Source: a bacterium (GTDB taxonomy: Bacteria; Patescibacteriota; Microgenomatia; JAADGY01). From it: 49,216 nucleotides of DNA. A model generated the notes under the pieces. It was given only the letters and a program-made list of their open reading frames with translations, was not told the origin of the DNA and made no database searches. The DNA is taken from the NCBI GenBank assembly GCA_027028625.1, contig JALVIH010000052.1, positions 1 to 49,216 on the forward strand, read 5' to 3'. This document shows, piece after piece, positions 43,966 through 49,216 of this stretch. The number at the start of each line of letters is the position of its first letter. Position 1 is the stretch's first letter. A program made the position numbers and the translations under genes.

Positions 43966-44523
43966 ATGAGAGTAAAAGCAGGTTTTTTGGTTTTTACTCT
44001 GTTAGTTTTAATTGGTTATTTAGCCTTAAAAATGTTCGGCAGTCCTTCGAATACAAATACAAATCTCCAACCAAAATTAAGAAGTTCGCTCATTGTCTCT
44101 TCACCAGCCTTTAAGTCGGGGAATTTTATTCCCATCAAATACACCTGCAAGGGGCAGAATATAAATCCACCCTTAGAAATTAAGAATCTACCTCCACAAG
44201 CTAAAAGCTTAGCTTTAATAGTTGAAGATCCAGACGCCCCAATGGGGACCTGGGACCACTGGATAGTCTATAACATCCCTCCAACCACTTCTATTGCTGA
44301 GGACAGCTTACCACCAGGCAGCAAACAAATTACCAACAGCTTTGGCTATCAAAAATACGGCGGACCTTGTCCACCACCTGGTAATCCCCATCGCTATTTT
44401 TTCAAGGTCTATGCTTTAGACGCCATTCTGCCAGCTAACATTTCTACAAAAGCCGAACTTCTAGAGGCTATAGCTCCTCATCTCCTCGCCTCCGGCCAAC
44501 TTATTGGCAAGTTCGGGAGGTAA
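43966..44523 (+). CDS. YbhB/YbcL-family PEBP (Raf-kinase-inhibitor-like) protein with an N-terminal signal/anchor
   Basis: Motifs VEDPDAP, WDHWIVYNIP and GPCPPPGNPHRYFFKVYALD. Hydrophobic N-terminus. Confidence 0.85.
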   Translation: MRVKAGFLVFTLLVLIGYLALKMFGSPSNTNTNLQPKLRSSLIVSSPAFKSGNFIPIKYTCKGQNINPPLEIKNLPPQAKSLALIVEDPDAPMGTWDHWIVYNIPPTTSIAEDSLPPGSKQITNSFGYQKYGGPCPPPGNPHRYFFKVYALDAILPANISTKAELLEAIAPHLLASGQLIGKFGR

Positions 44524-44657
44524 GAAAGGGAATTGCTATGAAACTCAATTCTTTGTACGTGACTGTCCTACAGCTCTTTTAATTCCGTGATAGTGAAGGG
44601 AATGTTTTAGAAATGTATGAGATGGACTAAGATGGACAAAAAGCCAGAAAAGTTCAT

Positions 44658-45143
44658 TTATTCGGCGGTCTCTAAATCCCGTTCCAAAATCAAAGTATAA
44701 TTCTTAAAGCCATTAGCTCTATAGAACTTAATAGCTTTCTTGTTTGACGCAGAAGCCTCTACTTTAACTTTACTAATCTTCTTAGACTCACACCATCTAA
44801 CAAACTCATTCAGCAATTGCTTACCAATTCCTCTAGATCTAAAAGGTTTTAAAATAAACATATTTTCCAGCTCTGCAACGCTAGGTAAATTTCTGTAGGA
44901 TTCTACTTTCTTAATACCTCCACATAGATAACCAACAATCTCATCTTCAACAACTGCAACTAAAACACAACCATCATTCCTTAAGATTCTCTCTCGAAAA
45001 TATTTAGTTCCTTCTTTTCCAAAAGTCCAGTTTAAATTCAAAAGAGGATCGTAATCTCTATATTCCTTTTCAAAAAGTTTCAGGTTGAGTTCCTGGACCT
45101 TTTCTAAATCATCTATAGTTGCAACCCTAATTGTTACCTTCAT
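44658..45143 (-). CDS. GNAT-family N-acetyltransferase
   Basis: Motif A FRSRGIGKQLL and C-terminal KKAIKFYRANGF. ATG 45143 (MKVTIRV...) is preferred over the upstream GTG at 45155. Confidence 0.85.
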   Translation of the reverse strand: MKVTIRVATIDDLEKVQELNLKLFEKEYRDYDPLLNLNWTFGKEGTKYFRERILRNDGCVLVAVVEDEIVGYLCGGIKKVESYRNLPSVAELENMFILKPFRSRGIGKQLLNEFVRWCESKKISKVKVEASASNKKAIKFYRANGFKNYTLILERDLETAE

Positions 45144-45231
45144 ACCTGCCTGCACCTTAGTTAAAGTATAATATCCTCTTCAATGATATGCTCGCCTTAT
45201 TTGTTTCAAAACTTCACTTTAAAAGAACCAC

Positions 45232-46275
45232 TTACCCTAATTGACTCATTAGGTGCTTAACTTGATGACGAGTGGAGGTTACGAGATACTCCGCAACGGG
45301 GTTCTTTTCATCTATATAACAAAAACTGTCCAGAAGCAAGCCAGAGATTGCTCGTTCCAAAAGAGCCGCTAAAATCAACCTCTTTTCTTCTTCACCATCC
45401 GCTAACGAGTAAATCTCCTCTAACCAGAGTTGGCGTTGATTCTCAATTTGCTGAGGGGTAATCTCCTTCACTTCAGCCAAGCTGTACATAAACCAATGAT
45501 AGCCGAAAACAGCGTCATAAAAGGGCCACTTCCATTTCCAAAAAAGATTAGAAAAAAGAACTACTGTCCCATCTCTAGCTTTAATCAAATCTTCCACTGA
45601 AAAATGTCCATGCTGAAAAACTAGTTTCTCCCTCTGCCAAACTTTTTCCAGTAATCTGGCTGCTTCAAGGGCCAATTGATAATCTTCCCGCGGCCGGCGA
45701 TAGGGATTATTGGGTTTGATCTTCTCTGCCGTAGCTACCAACTGATCAACTCCTTGCTTTGGCGGGGGCAACTGCTGAGTCCGAGGCAACCAAGGATGAT
45801 TAAGACAATTCCTTTTGTATGCCCGGTAAAAATTAAAAAACTCCTGAATTTTCTCTCGCGACTGGAGTTGGCCACTAGCCACAACTTTTGGGCCATCTAC
45901 ATACTCAAGGATTAAAACCTCATAGCCCAATTTAGCCTGCCACGGTTGGTGAAAGAATAAATGAGGAGGTCGGATTATTTTTGACCTATTCTGGCGGGAG
46001 AACTTCTCAATCATAACCGCTTCAGAAATTCTTGGTCTAGCTGCCTGAATTTTCAAAACAGCTTTTTTCTTCTTAAATGTACCAAGATAGTGAAAAGCCC
46101 CGACCTTACCACTGCCGAAATAATCTGAACGCCAAAGGAGCTTTATGGGGATAAAGCCTGTTTGTTTAGCTACTGCCAGGAGAATTTCTTTTTCTCTAAC
46201 TCCAACATCAACTCCCTGATGAAAATCAGAAAAAGTATCAACTGCCCTGGTCGCACTTCCTTTTCTTCTCACCAT
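45232..46275 (-). CDS. Kinase-like (APH/choline-kinase-fold?) protein, tentative
   Basis: 347 aa. HGHFSVEDLI sits where APH-type enzymes have HGDxxxxN, and there is a hydrophobic or Trp-rich segment afterwards. Weak assignment. Confidence 0.35.
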   Translation of the reverse strand: MVRRKGSATRAVDTFSDFHQGVDVGVREKEILLAVAKQTGFIPIKLLWRSDYFGSGKVGAFHYLGTFKKKKAVLKIQAARPRISEAVMIEKFSRQNRSKIIRPPHLFFHQPWQAKLGYEVLILEYVDGPKVVASGQLQSREKIQEFFNFYRAYKRNCLNHPWLPRTQQLPPPKQGVDQLVATAEKIKPNNPYRRPREDYQLALEAARLLEKVWQREKLVFQHGHFSVEDLIKARDGTVVLFSNLFWKWKWPFYDAVFGYHWFMYSLAEVKEITPQQIENQRQLWLEEIYSLADGEEEKRLILAALLERAISGLLLDSFCYIDEKNPVAEYLVTSTRHQVKHLMSQLG

Positions 46276-46363
46276 CAGTGACTAAGTATAACAAGTTATA
46301 AACCCCTTTACATTGCTTGCTTTCTATCTCCAAAAACACCAACTAAACTATCAACCTTTCCAA

Positions 46364-46395
46364 GGTTAACAGAGATAACCAACCTCGGAGGTTGA
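46364..46395 (+). repeat. 32-nt double-palindrome motif, copy 2 (GGTTAACAGAGATAACCAACCTCGGAGGTTGA)
   Basis: One mismatch to copy 1. Lies 64 nt upstream of the 252-aa ORF. Confidence 0.85.
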
Positions 46396-46459
46396 ATATT
46401 TTGGGATATAATATACAACACTAGCAAAATGGTATTATAATAAATGTTATAAGAACAAA

Positions 46460-47218
46460 ATGAGTACCGAGGTAAATAGACCACCATTAAGGGTTGCCCA
46501 TCAAGAAAGAGTTTGGAATGTACAGAATAGACTAGAACAGTCATCTCTAGAACCTCAAAAACTAATAATGGGGGAGGGTGTTTGGGAAGACCTCTCTCAA
46601 ATGGCTATTCTTACTGCAGCATATAGCCCAATAGTACAAATAACACTCCCTCTATTAACCCCCTTTGAGATGAAAGAGATGACTGATGGAGAATGGAGGG
46701 CATTCAGACAAACTGCTAAATTGTTTAGACAATCTGTTAGAGCATTAAGCAATCCTAATTTAGCTCCAAAAGCAAGAGAAGAATGGCAAAGAAGACAAGA
46801 TGAAACAATGGAGGCAATTGCAGGTTTCATTCAAATTAAACCAGGCATAGAGATACAAACCTATCCAGACAGAAGGCTTGGTGGAAATGGGAATATACGA
46901 ACAATAGATGCCTCACCACTAGATCTATCTCAAGAATACTCATCTTCTAGTCCTTCTCCCCATTTCGATTCTTTAGGACTAGCAGGAAAGGTAACAAGGC
47001 TCGGCCTCAGTGGATTGGCTGCTGTTAGCCCAACAGTTCCTCCTCATCAACCTGGAACTTACACTGTTCAAGGCCTTCAACATCCTAGAGTTGTTGCAGA
47101 TGAGATTCCATCAACCCATCAACCCACACCGCAAGTACGAGAGGCAATAAAAAACCTAGCACTACAATTACCAGATGAGGCTATTGAGTTTCTAAAAAAG
47201 ATCTACCTGAGGAACTAA
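46460..47218 (+). CDS. Hypothetical protein (252 aa, ORFan)
   Basis: ORF behind TGtTATAAG (46445-46453), 6 nt before the ATG. No recognisable motifs. 20 nt upstream of the LysM gene. Confidence 0.55.
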   Translation: MSTEVNRPPLRVAHQERVWNVQNRLEQSSLEPQKLIMGEGVWEDLSQMAILTAAYSPIVQITLPLLTPFEMKEMTDGEWRAFRQTAKLFRQSVRALSNPNLAPKAREEWQRRQDETMEAIAGFIQIKPGIEIQTYPDRRLGGNGNIRTIDASPLDLSQEYSSSSPSPHFDSLGLAGKVTRLGLSGLAAVSPTVPPHQPGTYTVQGLQHPRVVADEIPSTHQPTPQVREAIKNLALQLPDEAIEFLKKIYLRN

Positions 47219-47238
47219 TCAAGATCATTGACGAAGCA

Positions 47239-48861
47239 ATGCAACAAGTTACTCCGACGGCGGAAGCGGCTGGACCAGATGATGGTGAAATTATTAGGCC
47301 TACAGAACTATCTGCAGCTTACTTGCGCCAAGGAGACCTCCCCATCCAATTAAGGGCTTTTTTGGAACTTTATGGTATCACGCTTGAGTTTCCAGATGAG
47401 ATTCAAAATCCCAAAATACCTCTATCTCACCCTCTCGAACTAGAAAAATTGGTACTGCCAAAAGGAGTAACTTTACGGGCAATAAGAGTACAAGTCCAGC
47501 TAGGGGACACTTGGGAAAGTCTGGCTTTAAGATACGGTTCTCTGGCCTTCTTAATCCAGGCTCTGAATACGTATGGCGGCAATCCCCAACCACCATCCCC
47601 AGGTGATGTTGTAGAAGTGCCACAATTAGTGACTAAAGAAGGAGAAATAATACTACCAAAAGGCATACGTATGCAGGCCCAACGAGGAGATACGTTCGAA
47701 AAAATAGCAAAACAAATGAATGTTTCCGTTGAAGACCTGCGCAAAGCCAATCCATTTTTTGGGCCCTGGCCAAATAAAGCTCCTCTTCCTATCAACAAAA
47801 CTATCAACATTCCTTTTTTAGAAAAAGACGGAAAGATGACCACCATTCTCCCAATGAGTTACACAGTAAAAGGAGATATAACTCCGCAGGAAATAGCAGA
47901 TATCTTTGGAATACCTGTGGGAGTACTTTATTACTACAATAAAATCACAACCAAACCCAATCAACCTCTCCCCACTGGTCTAGCTCTAACTCTGCCCATG
48001 CCAATAGTTTTTAATAAAGAAGACGAAGAAGAAGCGCGTTTTATATTTTCTAATCCAACCAGACTAGACCAATTCTCTCATCCCATCGAAAAGCTTCTAG
48101 AAAAATTAACCACTCCTTCTAACACTCCTCCAGTAATAGGTGGGTTAAGTACGCCCACACCAGAAAATGGGGTCAATGGGCAAATCAGCTTAAAGATTGA
48201 ATTAACAGTAGCCAAACCAGAAACTGTAGCTGAAGTGCTTTATAAACTCGGAGCAACTACCACTATGAGTTTAGGAATCGGCCAGAAGGAAATATTATTG
48301 CCAACTGACCAAACTTTGGAAGCCTTCAAGCGACAAAATCCTGATTTAGTTGAAAAGTACCCTGATTTAAACTGGAATACCATCCTCCCATCAGGAACAA
48401 GAGTGTCATTTAAACCTACTCGCAGCGACTTTAAGGAAATGCCTTTAAAAGATTTAATAGAAAATGGGTGGAGAAAACTTAGCAGGGGAGGGGTGGCAGA
48501 AATAAGTGGTCCCCGTTTGAGATCATTCGATACATCTGATCTTCCTCCAGCCCTACCAGCTCCAATTGTTGTACCTGGTACAGTGATATCTATTATTCCT
48601 AGGGAAACAAAAAAAGGACTTCTGAAAAGACTCGTCTTATCTGGAGCAAAAATATATGCTATTTACGGTGCTGTTGCTGCTACAGGATTCTGTCTCGGCT
48701 ATGGTGCCTATTACCTCGACTCATCGTCTATTCCCAATCCAGAACTAAAACCATCACCACGACAGGCAAAATGGGTAGCTGCTGGATGTCTTACGGCTGG
48801 ACTATTAGAATATCTCTTTTGGAAGGATGGAACAAAAGTTTTAGTTTCTTACCTCGACTAA
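47239..48861 (+). CDS. LysM-repeat protein with two C-terminal TM helices and no N-terminal signal peptide
   Basis: Three clear LysM-like units: VQLGDTWESLALRYG...GDVVEVP; AQRGDTFEKIAKQMNVSVEDLRKAN...INIP; YTVKGDITPQEIADIFGIPVGVLYYYN...LTLP. A possible fourth is degenerate. C-terminal hydrophobic segments IYAIYGAVAATGFCLGYGAYY and WVAAGCLTAGLLEYLFW. Confidence 0.65.
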   Translation: MQQVTPTAEAAGPDDGEIIRPTELSAAYLRQGDLPIQLRAFLELYGITLEFPDEIQNPKIPLSHPLELEKLVLPKGVTLRAIRVQVQLGDTWESLALRYGSLAFLIQALNTYGGNPQPPSPGDVVEVPQLVTKEGEIILPKGIRMQAQRGDTFEKIAKQMNVSVEDLRKANPFFGPWPNKAPLPINKTINIPFLEKDGKMTTILPMSYTVKGDITPQEIADIFGIPVGVLYYYNKITTKPNQPLPTGLALTLPMPIVFNKEDEEEARFIFSNPTRLDQFSHPIEKLLEKLTTPSNTPPVIGGLSTPTPENGVNGQISLKIELTVAKPETVAEVLYKLGATTTMSLGIGQKEILLPTDQTLEAFKRQNPDLVEKYPDLNWNTILPSGTRVSFKPTRSDFKEMPLKDLIENGWRKLSRGGVAEISGPRLRSFDTSDLPPALPAPIVVPGTVISIIPRETKKGLLKRLVLSGAKIYAIYGAVAATGFCLGYGAYYLDSSSIPNPELKPSPRQAKWVAAGCLTAGLLEYLFWKDGTKVLVSYLD

Positions 48862-49216
48862 GGCTCCCAAAACAGTTTCCTCTATTCCATTTACACTTTA
48901 ATTCCCAACCGAAAAGAGAGTAGGGTGGAAAAAACCTAAAAGAAGTCTAAGTAAAAATAGGCTTAATGAAAAAAATTAGTTGGTGATTTCGGGGCATACT
49001 TTGGGTATTAGGAGGTTTTTATGAAACAGAAAAAAGATGTTCTGCTTGTTATAGTAGTCACATTATGTCTAATACTACCAACTCTTTAGACGGTTCCATT
49101 GCTTATTTAAAAACTTTATTACGCATCCATAAAGGTATGAATTTATCCTTACGACATAAAATTACAGATGAGGTTCTGAGAGAATTACCAACTAAAAAAT
49201 TTCATTAAGTCTAAAA

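Noticed and set aside
49021-49210. Two tiny ORFs at the right edge: MKQKKDVLLVIVVTLCLILPTL behind GGAGG at 49021-49089, and MNLSLRHKITDEVLRELPTKKFH at 49138-49209
   Set aside because: The first has a good SD site and looks like a signal or TM segment that stops abruptly, so it could be a small hydrophobic peptide or a truncated gene. With no context beyond the window edge and no comparative data, I cannot support either as a gene.

Overview
Gene-dense, mostly housekeeping chromosome segment with short or overlapping gene junctions. My inference from gene content and style is a small-genome Candidate Phyla Radiation/Patescibacteria-type bacterium (not provable here). Left to right: a dcw-type division/wall cluster (murD, ftsW, an inverted ftsQ-like/murG block, ftsA, ftsZ), ileS and a second SEDS gene; an ORFan gene flanked by direct repeats; a GNAT plus ATP-grasp-fusion pair; an rplU-methyltransferase-rpmA-parB-xseA string; thrS-infC-rpmI-rplT; a repeat-rich spacer and an ORFan island (a large helical-repeat protein split by a frameshift, plus a 136-aa ORF); a LOG/TIGR00725-like gene with tyrS; recG, rpmF, nusB and rnc. 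On the minus strand there is a class A PBP directly downstream of a type IV pilus block (pilX-like, pilM, pilN, pilO-like, pilD, five prepilins). Then come rpsP, a KH protein, two glycan-synthesis genes, PEBP, GNAT, a kinase-like ORF and an ORFan/LysM pair. No rRNA, tRNA, CRISPR array or transposase was recognised. The strongest observations are regulatory. thrS and the tyrS operon are each preceded by a consensus promoter, a leaderless mini-ORF rich in the cognate codons (4 Thr; Tyr-Tyr-Tyr) and competing antiterminator/terminator helices, which is the layout of ribosome-mediated attenuation of aminoacyl-tRNA synthetase genes. At least 13 start codons sit 5-9 nt downstream of a -10 box, suggesting widespread leaderless mRNAs. 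A mosaic family of palindromic intergenic repeats flanks the accessory-looking genes. All functions are assigned from motifs read by eye; no database search was possible.
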